IMG/VR virus record: IMGVR_UViG_3300042541_001760
Coordinates: 62,001-126,000 of that record
Direction: 5' to 3' (one strand)
DNA length: 64,000 nucleotides
A program made the position numbers and the translations under genes. The notes below the pieces were generated by a model. It had not been told where the DNA came from, ran no database searches, and was given only the letters and a program-made list of their open reading frames with translations. Below are positions 48,148 to 58,852 of this stretch, one piece after another. The number at the start of each line of letters is the position of its first letter. The stretch's first letter is position 1.

Positions 48148-48762
48148 TTAGGAGTTACCAAAAATGTTGGATGATAAATAACCATTTTTAATTAAGTGTT
48201 TATATATATCACCAACACCATAACTCTCAAGCGATCCGGCAATAATCCAACTGGTAACATCATTTATATTTGATTTATCTTTGGTGTTATATATACGACA
48301 GAATTTGGATATACCATCGTGGGTAAATTCAATATTCCATTCAACTTCCGAATTAATTCTCTGAACCGTATCCGGCTCACCAAAAGTATTCACTAAATCC
48401 TCAAAATTAATATCATCAATTGTGTTAATTTTGTGTGTCATACCCCAAGTACGAACTCCACACCTAAAATCATATAAGACATCAAAAAAACTATGGAACA
48501 TTTCTAATGTGGGTTCTTTTGATTCGTTATAACAAGTCCAAAGGCAATCCTTAACACCATCAAAGATTATATCAGCATTCATTTCATTGAATACAAAAAT
48601 ATCACAATAGTGTTGTGTTTGTTTTCTTATATGGTAGGGGTTAAAATCCGCAACATCACAAGATTTAATTATGGACATAACACAGGTATCTAATCTTGAT
48701 TTTCTAGGCTTCCCCATAACTCTATTGAAATCATCTATTGATTCGTAAATATTCATACCCAT
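48148..48762 (-). CDS. Hypothetical protein
   Basis: 204 aa ORF. Confidence 0.6.
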   Translation of the reverse strand: MGMNIYESIDDFNRVMGKPRKSRLDTCVMSIIKSCDVADFNPYHIRKQTQHYCDIFVFNEMNADIIFDGVKDCLWTCYNESKEPTLEMFHSFFDVLYDFRCGVRTWGMTHKINTIDDINFEDLVNTFGEPDTVQRINSEVEWNIEFTHDGISKFCRIYNTKDKSNINDVTSWIIAGSLESYGVGDIYKHLIKNGYLSSNIFGNS

Positions 48763-48814
48763 ATAAATACTATATAAAACAAAGTTATTAATATTTATTT
48801 ATAAAATATAAATT

Positions 48815-49549
48815 ATGAGAAAAATATTTATTTCTGCGGGTCACTCCAACAAATCCGGAAAAGACCAAGGAGCTCAAGGTAATGGTTATATTGAAGGTCA
48901 ATTAGCCGTTGAGTTAAGAAACTTATTGGTTTCTGAATTAAAAAGTTTAGGTATTACCCCGGTTGGGGATGCTGATTCAAATGTCCTTAAAGATAGTATA
49001 ACATTCTTTAAAAACCTTACGGCTAAAGATAGTATTGTCTTAGACATACATTGGAATGCAGGTCCACCATCAGCAACAGGTGTTGAGGTATTAATACCAT
49101 CCGAAAATAGTTCTGTTGAACGGAATTTGGCAAAGGATTTAGCGGATGAGATATCAAACACATTATCAATCCCTTTAAGAGGATCTCACGCAGGACTTGC
49201 CGGTGTTAAAACTGAAGCCGAATCACATCACGGAAGATTGGGATGGATGAGATTAACGGGTGAAAATGTATTACTTGAAATGTGTTTTATATCAAGTAAA
49301 TCTGATATGGAATCATATCAGAAGAACAAATCAACTATTGCTAAAAAGATTGCGAAAGTATTGTATGATTATGCTAATGATAATGGAATACCACAAATCA
49401 TAGGAACGACCAAAACTTATAAAGTTAAGAGTGGTGATACCTTATCAAAAATCGCAGTTGATAATAAGACATCGGTTAGTGAGATAAAGAGATTAAACAA
49501 TTTAACATCAGACACTATAAAGATTAACCAAGTATTAATAGTTAACTAA
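48815..49549 (+). CDS. N-acetylmuramoyl-L-alanine amidase (Amidase_3) + LysM; probable endolysin
   Basis: ISAGH, E, IHWNA, LLEMCF; YKVKSGDTLSKIA. Confidence 0.9.
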   Translation: MRKIFISAGHSNKSGKDQGAQGNGYIEGQLAVELRNLLVSELKSLGITPVGDADSNVLKDSITFFKNLTAKDSIVLDIHWNAGPPSATGVEVLIPSENSSVERNLAKDLADEISNTLSIPLRGSHAGLAGVKTEAESHHGRLGWMRLTGENVLLEMCFISSKSDMESYQKNKSTIAKKIAKVLYDYANDNGIPQIIGTTKTYKVKSGDTLSKIAVDNKTSVSEIKRLNNLTSDTIKINQVLIVN

Positions 49550-49577
49550 CAAAAAACCCCCAATTAAGGGGGTTTTT

Positions 49578-50117
49578 TTATTTTCTAACAAATTTTCTCA
49601 TTATTTCCTCTTTCGTTAAGAAAGGTTTCGGAACTTCCTTCTCTATAATAGGTTGAGGTTGTTTTCTAACAGGTTGGGGTCTTGACTCACTTACAACTCT
49701 AACAGGTTCAGTAGTCCTTTTTGTCTCAACAACCTTTTTAGGTTCTTCAACTCTCGTTAAAGTAATTTCATTCATAACAATTCTTGGTTTCTCAGAAACC
49801 TGTTGTTCTTGAACAACCACATTAACTTTCTTATCCGCTTGAACTGAGAATTCAGAATTCCAAGGTTCAAAATGAACATCATCAGCAATTATTTCCAATT
49901 TCAATAATCCAATTGTTCCTTCACTTAAAATACCTTTCAATTTAGGTAATTCAAATTCACAAACACCATTATCAAATATTTTACCCTTAAAAAGATAAGA
50001 CATTTGGTCATTCGTTTCCAAAATCACTCTCGCTTGTGATTTTTCTAATGAAGTTCCTTCAACTTGTATTGAACATTGGAACTTATTTAACTTGTCGGTA
50101 TATAATTTGTAACTCAT
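49578..50117 (-). CDS. Hypothetical protein
   Basis: 179 aa ORF. Confidence 0.65.
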   Translation of the reverse strand: MSYKLYTDKLNKFQCSIQVEGTSLEKSQARVILETNDQMSYLFKGKIFDNGVCEFELPKLKGILSEGTIGLLKLEIIADDVHFEPWNSEFSVQADKKVNVVVQEQQVSEKPRIVMNEITLTRVEEPKKVVETKRTTEPVRVVSESRPQPVRKQPQPIIEKEVPKPFLTKEEIMRKFVRK

Positions 50118-50118
50118 A

Positions 50119-50430
50119 TTAAAATATAATCTTAACTTTTATTTCTCTTAATTCTTTAATAAATAGTTCCATATCTTTAATTTTCACTTTGGTCTTTTGA
50201 TTTTTTACTTTGTTACTTCTGATGGTCAATTCTTCACCAGATTCTTTTTCTAATTTAACCATTAGTCCGATAAGGATTTTTTTCTCATCCTCGGACATTT
50301 TCTTACGTATTTTTCTTGGGCTTCCGATAGCACCTTGAATTTCAGCAATTAAACATCCTTCAACCCAAGTTATATTCGCATTGTCCCAACTAAAATCTGC
50401 GTCATCCCACGCATAACATATTGTTGCCAT
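50119..50430 (-). CDS. Hypothetical protein
   Basis: W-repeat N-terminus (WDDADFSWDNANITW). Confidence 0.6.
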   Translation of the reverse strand: MATICYAWDDADFSWDNANITWVEGCLIAEIQGAIGSPRKIRKKMSEDEKKILIGLMVKLEKESGEELTIRSNKVKNQKTKVKIKDMELFIKELREIKVKIIF

Positions 50431-50484
50431 ATCTATAATTATAAGTATTTATAAAGGGAACAAAATAGTTATAATTTTTAGTGT

Positions 50485-53400
50485 ATGCCAGATATCAAAG
50501 GTCAGTTAATAAAGGACTCATATAATTACGTATTACAATCTGACTTAATTTCAGGAATAATTTATAGAATTGGTGGCGATGCCCCCAATAATCCTAAATT
50601 CATTTCGGGACTAACTGTTAATGCTAATTTTACCTATTCCGACGGATCTGAATTCCCTGGATATGTATTGACATGCGACTCCGCAGGAAATGCGGTTTGG
50701 GGTCCTGTATCGGGAGCAACATCAGGTGTTGTGGTAACGGGAGGAACATTTGATTATTCCGCAGGAACTTTAACACTTGGATTATCAAATGGTGTTAACG
50801 TACCTATATCAGGTTTAGAAGATATATATGTCACAGGTGGTGTTGTTTCAGGAAATTCTATAGTTTTTAGTTATAATGACACCAATACTTTTGAAGTAAG
50901 TGGGATAACGTCTTTTGATACCTTTACTTCCTATACCGCTAGTACGGAACAGATTTTAAATTCAAAAGTTGATATTAATCTTTTCAATAGTGAAGTAGAA
51001 ACTCTTGAGATTGAGATAGAAAATAGAGTTCAGATACCTACATTTACCGCTTATACCGCAACTACACAACCATTAATATTAAATTCGGTAACAGGTGGAA
51101 CATATTCAGGTGGAACACTTTATTTAGTTAATAATTCAGGTACAACAATACCGATTAGTGGGTTTACAACAGGTGGAACATCAACAACTGACACTTTTGT
51201 AACAGGATTTAGTCTAAACAATGAAATAATAACATTATCTCAAAATAGGATTGACCAATATTCTGCATTTAATATAAGTTTATCGGGTTATGTAACTAAT
51301 AATATATTTAGTTCCTATACCGCATCCACACAATCCACTATAAATAATAAATTAGACATTAGTGGATTTACCGCTTATACCGCAACCACTGAAACAACTA
51401 TAAACAATAAATTAGATACAAGTGGATTTACCGCTTATACCGCAACTACACAACCATTAATATTAAATTCGGTAACGGGCGGTACATTTAGTGGGGGTAC
51501 ATTATATCTAATAAATAATTCAGGTACAACAATACCTATTAGTGGATTTACAACAGGCGGAACATCAACTACTGACACTTTTGTAACAGGATTCACATTA
51601 AGTGCTAATACAATAACTTTATCACAAAATAGAACTGATAGTTATTCGTCATTTACAATAAGTTTATCGGCATATACAGGTAGTTCGGTTTCAGGTGAAT
51701 ATCTTCCTTTAAGTGGGGGGACAGTAACAGGTCCAACTATATTCCAATCAGGATTAACTGCTAATACGATATCGGCAACAACCTATTATAATTTACCAAC
51801 TGATGTATTTGTTACAGGAGGAACTTACGCTAGTGGTAACGCAATATTCACAAATAACACCGGAGGGACATTTACCGTATCAGGATTTGCTATCGGTGGT
51901 GGTGGGGGTCAAACATTCTATTTAAATATTTCACAAGCAAAAGGTAGTAATAGATATCTAAGCATAACTGCTAGTACCGCCGCGGAACAATCAACAGGTG
52001 TAACAATTGCTGATGGAGTAACAGGAACAATAGCCTCATTCCAAACAGACGAATTAGGAGTTACACTTATACCTGATGGTGTTTGGGCATTTTATTTACA
52101 CTCATATAAAAGTAATTCTAACGCATCTTTTAATATATTCGTTGAGGTATATAAGAGGACAAGTGGGGGAACTCAAACATTACTATTTACGACTGACCCA
52201 GCACCTGTAACAACTAACTCACCTAACCCCTCAATGCAGTTAAGTGATAGTTATTTTAGTGGATGTCCATTAGTTGTTACAGATAGTATAGTTGCGACTG
52301 TTAGAGCAACTAATACGAGTAATCAGTCACACGTAATAACATTATTTAGTGAGGGCTCACAACATTATTCATACGGAGTATCAAGCATACCAACACAACA
52401 AGGTTTAACTTGTGATACTTTAAGTGGATGTAGTATTATTCAAACCATTCAAGGGGAAATAACAACTATAAATGGTGATGTAGAAACTATTTTTTCAAGT
52501 ATAACCGGCACCCCACAACAAATAGCGTATTATAATGTTGATGGTAATTTAACGGGTGATACTAACTTTACAAGATTAGATGAAAGTGGTAATTATCAAA
52601 CTATTATAGGAACTATTAATTCTTTAAACGTAAATGAATATCAACAAAGTAGTTATAATTATGATAGAGTAAGAAGTAGGATATATAATGACGATATATC
52701 GTTAGTAGGTGTAACTAGATTAGAAAGTCAATCATTTCTTAGTAAAGTAGAAAACACGTCAGGTGGTACTATATCAAGTTTAGAAATTTTAGAGTCGTCA
52801 GGTAGTTTTACATATCAAGATAGTGGTGGAACGTATTGTGGATTTTTCTATAACTCAACTAATCCTGGTTGGAGTGTTGTTAGAACTGAAACGCAATATG
52901 ATTACAATTTACCTCAATCGGCCTATGTTGCAGGTTCAGTTTTAACAGATGTTAGTGGAGATGGAAATTTAACTTGGGTTGTTCCGACCAATACTTCATT
53001 TACAGGTGGTACCGTAAGTGGCGCAACTAGATTTACTAATGGATTAACGGCTAACACAATATCGGCAACGACATATCAAAATTTACCAGCAACCTTACCA
53101 TTAACAGGGGGAACTATAACGGGTAATGTTGTTGTTGATAGTCCAACTACGGCTAATCAAAAAGCATTAACCGTATTTTCTGAAAATACATCGGAGTCAA
53201 TTGCGTTTTACGGTATTGCCGGACAAGGAACAAATGCTTACGGTGTTTATTGTGAAGTTTCACCGTCCCAAGAATTTTTTACAATTACAAACGGTATCGG
53301 AGGTTATTTTAATGTAGGTAATTTGTTTGGTGAGGGAGAACCAACCAATAAATATTCTTTACAATTAATAGATGGAACTGAAGGTCTTAATAAAGTTTTA

Positions 53401-53811
53401 ACCTCAGTTACAAGTGATGGTAAATCGAATTGGGCTGATACTTTAAATGTATCCGCAGTTACCGCCACAACAATTACTTCAAATTCGGTAAAAGTATTAC
53501 CCGTCGCACTTACAGTAATATCAAATACCGCATCAACCGACGCATCTCTATCAAGTTTATTCACATTAACATTAACAGGTAATACAACACTCGCAACACC
53601 AACAAATGGTTTTTCAGGTCAGAGAATTGTGTATAGATTAAGACAAGATGGTACAGGAAGTAAACTTTTAACACTATCAAGTGGATTTAGAAGTGGTCCT
53701 GTAACCGTAACACTATCAACCGCCGCCAACACAACAGATTATTTGGGTGTTATTTATAATGAATTTGATAATGTGTGGGATGTGTTAGCATTAAACAAAG
53801 GATATAGTTAA
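50485..53811 (+). CDS. Tail-fibre-like structural protein
   Basis: 1108 aa, Thr/Gly/Ser-rich; VTGGT, FTAYTAT, LPLSGGT and GYVLT.D..G repeats. Confidence 0.75.
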   Translation: MPDIKGQLIKDSYNYVLQSDLISGIIYRIGGDAPNNPKFISGLTVNANFTYSDGSEFPGYVLTCDSAGNAVWGPVSGATSGVVVTGGTFDYSAGTLTLGLSNGVNVPISGLEDIYVTGGVVSGNSIVFSYNDTNTFEVSGITSFDTFTSYTASTEQILNSKVDINLFNSEVETLEIEIENRVQIPTFTAYTATTQPLILNSVTGGTYSGGTLYLVNNSGTTIPISGFTTGGTSTTDTFVTGFSLNNEIITLSQNRIDQYSAFNISLSGYVTNNIFSSYTASTQSTINNKLDISGFTAYTATTETTINNKLDTSGFTAYTATTQPLILNSVTGGTFSGGTLYLINNSGTTIPISGFTTGGTSTTDTFVTGFTLSANTITLSQNRTDSYSSFTISLSAYTGSSVSGEYLPLSGGTVTGPTIFQSGLTANTISATTYYNLPTDVFVTGGTYASGNAIFTNNTGGTFTVSGFAIGGGGGQTFYLNISQAKGSNRYLSITASTAAEQSTGVTIADGVTGTIASFQTDELGVTLIPDGVWAFYLHSYKSNSNASFNIFVEVYKRTSGGTQTLLFTTDPAPVTTNSPNPSMQLSDSYFSGCPLVVTDSIVATVRATNTSNQSHVITLFSEGSQHYSYGVSSIPTQQGLTCDTLSGCSIIQTIQGEITTINGDVETIFSSITGTPQQIAYYNVDGNLTGDTNFTRLDESGNYQTIIGTINSLNVNEYQQSSYNYDRVRSRIYNDDISLVGVTRLESQSFLSKVENTSGGTISSLEILESSGSFTYQDSGGTYCGFFYNSTNPGWSVVRTETQYDYNLPQSAYVAGSVLTDVSGDGNLTWVVPTNTSFTGGTVSGATRFTNGLTANTISATTYQNLPATLPLTGGTITGNVVVDSPTTANQKALTVFSENTSESIAFYGIAGQGTNAYGVYCEVSPSQEFFTITNGIGGYFNVGNLFGEGEPTNKYSLQLIDGTEGLNKVLTSVTSDGKSNWADTLNVSAVTATTITSNSVKVLPVALTVISNTASTDASLSSLFTLTLTGNTTLATPTNGFSGQRIVYRLRQDGTGSKLLTLSSGFRSGPVTVTLSTAANTTDYLGVIYNEFDNVWDVLALNKGYS
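51043..51594 (+). repeat. Intragenic direct repeat (~170 bp, 384 bp apart) with 60-bp tandem units
   Basis: 51043-51210 recurs at 51427-51594 (FTAYTATTQPLILNSVTGGT...TDTFVTGF). Confidence 0.85.
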
Positions 53812-53813
53812 TT

Positions 53814-54059
53814 ATGACAGGATTTACATACGAATATACAAATGGTTATATAAATAGTAATACCGAAATTAGATTAATTAAAATCTATAATGACGGAGTT
53901 TACTATTTTAAGGATTGGGTTGAATTGGATGGTTCATCATCAGAATTAGATTGGGAAAATAGAGCAAGTGAGATTATGGTACAAGTAGAACTATCTATGG
54001 ATAATAATGTTCCGACACAAGACCAAATATACGATAGTCAGGAAGGAGAATTAGAGTAA
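53814..54059 (+). CDS. Small protein downstream of tail fibre (possible assembly chaperone)
   Basis: Position and TAATG coupling. Confidence 0.55.
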   Translation: MTGFTYEYTNGYINSNTEIRLIKIYNDGVYYFKDWVELDGSSSELDWENRASEIMVQVELSMDNNVPTQDQIYDSQEGELE

Positions 54060-56569
54060 TGGCAAAATTAGCGTCAATAACAAGTGGAAACTTTACAAGT
54101 TCCTCAACGTGGGGGGTGATTAATGAACAATCATTTCAATCGGGAACTAATACCTTTACCAGTTATTCAGTTACAACAACACCAACTTCTCTTGGTACTT
54201 TTTCACCGGCATCAACAGTTACCGCAACACATATTGGTTTTAGACTTGTAGGTACGGGTATTATAGGCACACTAACATTTGATATTTTTAATGTTACGTT
54301 AGGTGCTCAAGTTGCGGGAACGTCAGTTACTATTAATAAAAGTGCTTTAAATTTTAATTTGGGGTCCTTATCCAGTACTTGGTATTTGGTAAAAATTCCA
54401 ACACCACCCTCTTTAGTATCAGGAACTAATTACGCGATTAGGGTGTCCCATACTGCGGGTTCAACAACATCAATAATGGCGTCAACTGCCACTGCCACCA
54501 ATACATTTAGATTTATAGTAACATCAACAACACAAGCACCGGCATCGGCCGATGATTTATGGGTTGTTTCAGAATGGACTACAGGGTCAACGGTAAATGA
54601 GTTTACCGTAACTATGGATAACACAACATCCGCAACAACATTTGGTTCGGCAAACGCAAGTTACGGAGGTGTTAGTCTTAATACAAACGCTTATTTGAAT
54701 TACGGTACATCGGCATCCACAAATTATTACTTAAGATTAAATGGTTTTGTATGGTTATCCGCCGGTGCTAGTTTAAATATTGGAACATCAGCAACTACCA
54801 TACCGTCAACATCAACCGCAGTTTTAGAATTCAGTGGATCATCCCAAGGATTTGTTCAAAATAGTAACGCCGCTTCGGTTTCTTTCGGAACGTATATATC
54901 ATCTATTGTAATAAGAGGAGACAACCCAACTAACCCTTACGCTCTTTTAGGTGCTGATGCCGCGGTTTCCGCAACTTCAATAACCACTAATATATCAACA
55001 GGGTGGAAAAGTGGTGACCAAATTGTTTTAGCGGGAACAGGTGCGGTAGCAACAGGTCAAGATTTGAGAACATTATCAACAGATGCCGTAGGAACTACAC
55101 TTACCGTAACTTCGGGATTAACAAATGCACATGGAGGTTCAGGTGATGTTATTGGGGAGGTTATAAACCTTACTAGAAATGTAAAAATTAGAAATTCAAA
55201 CGCAAGTCAAGGCAGTTTGGCGGGTTTTTCTAGTAATTTAGTTGACATTCAAGGAACTGAAATTAGAAATATGGGGATTTTAACTTTGAGTGGAGCCGCA
55301 AGAAAAACATTTAAATATAATAGTTTTTATAATTCCACTCAAATGTCAGTAACTGCAACGGGTCCAATAAACATAGATTACAATTGTTTTTATAATTGCT
55401 CATATTTTCTGAGAGGTCCGGTAGGTTCTACGACAACTGCAAGTACCGTAAATTTCAATTATTTTATTTTAGCAACAGGAGGATCTTCAGGGTTAGAAGG
55501 TAATATTAATATTAACCCAAGATTTACAGATTTCATAGGTAATGTCGCTTCAGGATTGGCGGCTACAGTTAGTAGTGCTTTTGGTTCAATCGTATTTTAT
55601 AATCCAGGAACAACATTCTTGGATAAGTTATCTAACGGAGTAGTATCGGCATGTACGGTGCATTCCTCAAATGCCGGATTCGGAACATACACACTTTCGT
55701 CCTTAGATGTATATAATTGTAATGCTTGGAGAATCGCGGCAAGTAGTCCAGGGTTCGGTATTTACAATATACAAGGTATCAGATTATTCAATTGTAATTT
55801 TTGGGGTAATTTATCAACGGTCCATGGAAGTGTATACATAACTAGTGCCACAGGTGTTGAGTTATATAATTGTAATATGAGAGGAGGAACTACCGTAGTA
55901 TCTACAAGGGGCATGGTTTTGTCAACGTTATTTGATGCGGTATTAAAAAATTGTACTTTTGGTACGGGTCAAACCAATTCATTTGCTGACGTTGTTATCA
56001 ACGCCAACACTTATGATAAAAAAATATTATTCGAGAATTGCCTATTTAACTCTACTACTAAATTCTCAACTCTAACGAATTTAGTTTCTAATGAATTTGT
56101 AAAATTACAAAGGTATCAACAGACGAATAATAATAATTATATATACACAAGAGCAGGAAACGCATCACAATATGATGGTGTCATTTATAAAACAGGTACC
56201 GCATCCACAAGGTTAATACCACTTTCAACCACATTCAAACACACCTCACCTGTAAAAATAATGCCAGTTGCGTCAGGACAATCTCCTACCGTTTCGGTTT
56301 GGGTTAGAAAATCGTCTGTATCGGATGCGTCAGGGGCGAATTACAACGGAGCACAACCAAGATTAATGTTAGGATATTCACCATCGGTTTTTAACTATAC
56401 AGGTAACTCAGACCAAGTATTGACAACAATGTCTTCGTCTCTCGGAACTTGGGAACAACTAACCGCAACCATACCATATACCGCAATTTCAAATGGAGGT
56501 TTTGAAATTTATGTTGATTGTGATGGAACCACAGGATGGATAAACGTAGATGATTGGAGTTTATCGTAA
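54059..56569 (+). CDS. Tail-spike/receptor-binding-like beta-helix protein
   Basis: 836 aa Ser/Thr-rich; EVINLTRNVKI, repeated (F/Y)xNC units. Confidence 0.65.
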   Translation: MAKLASITSGNFTSSSTWGVINEQSFQSGTNTFTSYSVTTTPTSLGTFSPASTVTATHIGFRLVGTGIIGTLTFDIFNVTLGAQVAGTSVTINKSALNFNLGSLSSTWYLVKIPTPPSLVSGTNYAIRVSHTAGSTTSIMASTATATNTFRFIVTSTTQAPASADDLWVVSEWTTGSTVNEFTVTMDNTTSATTFGSANASYGGVSLNTNAYLNYGTSASTNYYLRLNGFVWLSAGASLNIGTSATTIPSTSTAVLEFSGSSQGFVQNSNAASVSFGTYISSIVIRGDNPTNPYALLGADAAVSATSITTNISTGWKSGDQIVLAGTGAVATGQDLRTLSTDAVGTTLTVTSGLTNAHGGSGDVIGEVINLTRNVKIRNSNASQGSLAGFSSNLVDIQGTEIRNMGILTLSGAARKTFKYNSFYNSTQMSVTATGPINIDYNCFYNCSYFLRGPVGSTTTASTVNFNYFILATGGSSGLEGNININPRFTDFIGNVASGLAATVSSAFGSIVFYNPGTTFLDKLSNGVVSACTVHSSNAGFGTYTLSSLDVYNCNAWRIAASSPGFGIYNIQGIRLFNCNFWGNLSTVHGSVYITSATGVELYNCNMRGGTTVVSTRGMVLSTLFDAVLKNCTFGTGQTNSFADVVINANTYDKKILFENCLFNSTTKFSTLTNLVSNEFVKLQRYQQTNNNNYIYTRAGNASQYDGVIYKTGTASTRLIPLSTTFKHTSPVKIMPVASGQSPTVSVWVRKSSVSDASGANYNGAQPRLMLGYSPSVFNYTGNSDQVLTTMSSSLGTWEQLTATIPYTAISNGGFEIYVDCDGTTGWINVDDWSLS

Positions 56570-56760
56570 TGCCACAGATAGATAACACAAATTTAGAAGA
56601 GTATTGGTTTGAAGGAGAACCTTTTAAAGGTGTTAATTCAACATTAGATACCGGTAGTCAGGAATATTGGTTTGAGGGTGAACCTATTAAAACTTTATTA
56701 ACTCCACAAACAAATCAAAATCAACAAGGAAGTTTCTTTGCTTTTTTTGATGGTTTTTAA
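56569..56760 (+). CDS. Small protein with duplicated EYWFEGEP motif
   Basis: TAATG-coupled start MPQID. Confidence 0.6.
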   Translation: MPQIDNTNLEEYWFEGEPFKGVNSTLDTGSQEYWFEGEPIKTLLTPQTNQNQQGSFFAFFDGF

Positions 56761-57788
56761 ATACCGTAAGGGGTTCTACTCCAACGAATGTTAATGTACA
56801 TATTAACTTTTTTTCTCAATGTCGTCTCAATGTAAATTTGAAATTTTTGTGAATCCTCAAATGATGTTAATTCCCCATCTTCATATAGGTGATACTCACC
56901 AACTTCCTCCAACACATCCAATTTATTTAGAACGATATTGGTAACACCATTTATTTTACAAGATTTAATTAGTGAATCCAAGTCCAACCAATTAATCTGT
57001 CGGGATCTTCCTGTTGTTGCCCCAAACTCATTACCAATCTGACGAATTTTTTCAAACGATTCACCGAATTTATCCTTAGTCCATTGGTCGCCCTCAAAAT
57101 CTTTTGACCCAACATAAGTTCTATACGCTTTGGCAACCCCATATACTCGTCTAATTTTACTCGGAGGTATTCCATTAAGTATTGCTCCCCCAACCGTACA
57201 ATGAGACGATGTAACGTAAGGATAATCACCCCAATCAATATCTAATTCAAATCCTTGTGCTCCTTCAAACAATACTTTAACTTTATCGTCGTTTTCGTGG
57301 AACTCTTCATAGATATCAATTAAGAAACTTTTAAGTTCTTCTACGGATTCCGCTCTTATCCCTTTACGAGAGTATTTGTCTCGGTAAGCAGGTCCGTTAC
57401 CCCTTTTGGTTGTTCCGATCTTGGTCTCACCATTCTCCTCATTGAGATGCTCATCGGTAATTACGTGAGTTCTCTTATCAATGAATAGATTACCTTTAAC
57501 ATCAAACCCACCTTTCTCCAATTCTTCAATTTCCTTGAATAATCCCTCTACATTAACCACGCAACCAGGTCCGATGATTGATTTAATACCATAAATCACC
57601 CCAACAGGTATATAATGGGTAACAAACTTCTGATCGTTATGGTAAATGGTGTGTCCGGCGTTACCACCCCCATTATATCTAACTACGTGAGTGTATTCAT
57701 TTGATTGTTTAGCCAAATGATGGGCTACTTTTCCTTTTCCGGTGTCTCCCGCTTGGAGATCAACGATAACATCAGCGTATTGTATCAT
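56757..57788 (-). CDS. purA: Adenylosuccinate synthetase (short form)
   Basis: GDTGKGK, GGGNAGHT, GTTKRGNGPAY, EGAQG, YPYVTSS, GATTGR, KLDVL. Confidence 0.92.
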   Translation of the reverse strand: MIQYADVIVDLQAGDTGKGKVAHHLAKQSNEYTHVVRYNGGGNAGHTIYHNDQKFVTHYIPVGVIYGIKSIIGPGCVVNVEGLFKEIEELEKGGFDVKGNLFIDKRTHVITDEHLNEENGETKIGTTKRGNGPAYRDKYSRKGIRAESVEELKSFLIDIYEEFHENDDKVKVLFEGAQGFELDIDWGDYPYVTSSHCTVGGAILNGIPPSKIRRVYGVAKAYRTYVGSKDFEGDQWTKDKFGESFEKIRQIGNEFGATTGRSRQINWLDLDSLIKSCKINGVTNIVLNKLDVLEEVGEYHLYEDGELTSFEDSQKFQIYIETTLRKKVNMYINIRWSRTPYGI

Positions 57789-58174
57789 AAATTAGGTTCA
57801 AAATGGTAATTAAAGATTTTACAATCTGGATTTAGGTTTTTTAGGTCGGGAAATGTCGTATCTCCCACCTGATTATCATTAATATGTGAAATATGTAACT
57901 CTGTAAATAGATGACAGAAGGTTTCATACGTTTTTTTACCCCCAATACACCAATTACACCCAAAAAGGTCGTTATTTATGGTATATTCCCTCTTATATAT
58001 GAATATTTCCCTGTTTTTAAGGGGTGGGAGGGTTAAAGAGGTGTTATAACCCACTAATAACGTCCCTCCTGTGGTTAATCTCTTAAAATGTTGTAAATCT
58101 TCGGTACATTTCCACAGGAGGGTGTTATTTTTACCTATAAACCCCAAATTATTGGTTGCGATGATGGCTTTCAT
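57785..58174 (-). CDS. folA: Dihydrofolate reductase
   Basis: IGKNNTLLW...DLQHFK, PLKNR, IGG, GDTTFP. Confidence 0.85.
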   Translation of the reverse strand: MKAIIATNNLGFIGKNNTLLWKCTEDLQHFKRLTTGGTLLVGYNTSLTLPPLKNREIFIYKREYTINNDLFGCNWCIGGKKTYETFCHLFTELHISHINDNQVGDTTFPDLKNLNPDCKIFNYHFEPNL

Positions 58175-58177
58175 AGG

Positions 58178-58828
58178 TTAAAACTCAAAATCAAGGGTAA
58201 TTGGGTCATTTTGATACAAATAATCCTCACCAAGGCTAGATGCGTTGATAAATGTCATTCCATCCATCTCTTTCATCCCATACGAACTGTGAATGTGCCC
58301 AAATGCGTGTACTTTTGGCTTGATTTCCATTACTCTATTGTATAAATCCTCACAACCTACTCTTTCGCTTATATTGGTAATGTCTAAAATACCCAATAAT
58401 GGTCCGTGAGTAATCAAAATATCGGTATCTTGGGGTATTCTTTCCCATTTTTGAGCAATATCCCAACCACGATTAACATTAAACGCCCAATTATGAAACC
58501 GAGGTTGCCAAGGAGACCCGTAAATCTTGATACCATCAATGATTATACTATTATCCTCCAAATAGGTGACACTAGGGTAGTTTTTAAGTAGTTCAAAGCA
58601 CTCCTTTGGGTTATCTTGGAATCCGAAATCGTGATTTCCTGCGATGAATATCTTATATTCATACCCTTTTATACCATCAAACCAACCAAGGAAGTTTTCA
58701 ATCTCATTCTTATAACCCCGACTACTGATATCACCACAATGTATGAGGATATCCCCACCAGGTAAGTCATTTGTTAGATGCCTATGTTTGGTGTGGGTAT
58801 CACTTATGAATGTTATCTTCTTTTTCAT
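58178..58828 (-). CDS. Metallophosphoesterase
   Basis: SDTH, HCGD, AGNHD, THGP, FGHIH. Confidence 0.85.
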   Translation of the reverse strand: MKKKITFISDTHTKHRHLTNDLPGGDILIHCGDISSRGYKNEIENFLGWFDGIKGYEYKIFIAGNHDFGFQDNPKECFELLKNYPSVTYLEDNSIIIDGIKIYGSPWQPRFHNWAFNVNRGWDIAQKWERIPQDTDILITHGPLLGILDITNISERVGCEDLYNRVMEIKPKVHAFGHIHSSYGMKEMDGMTFINASSLGEDYLYQNDPITLDFEF

Positions 58829-58852
58829 ACTACAAATATAGTGTTTTTTTTG

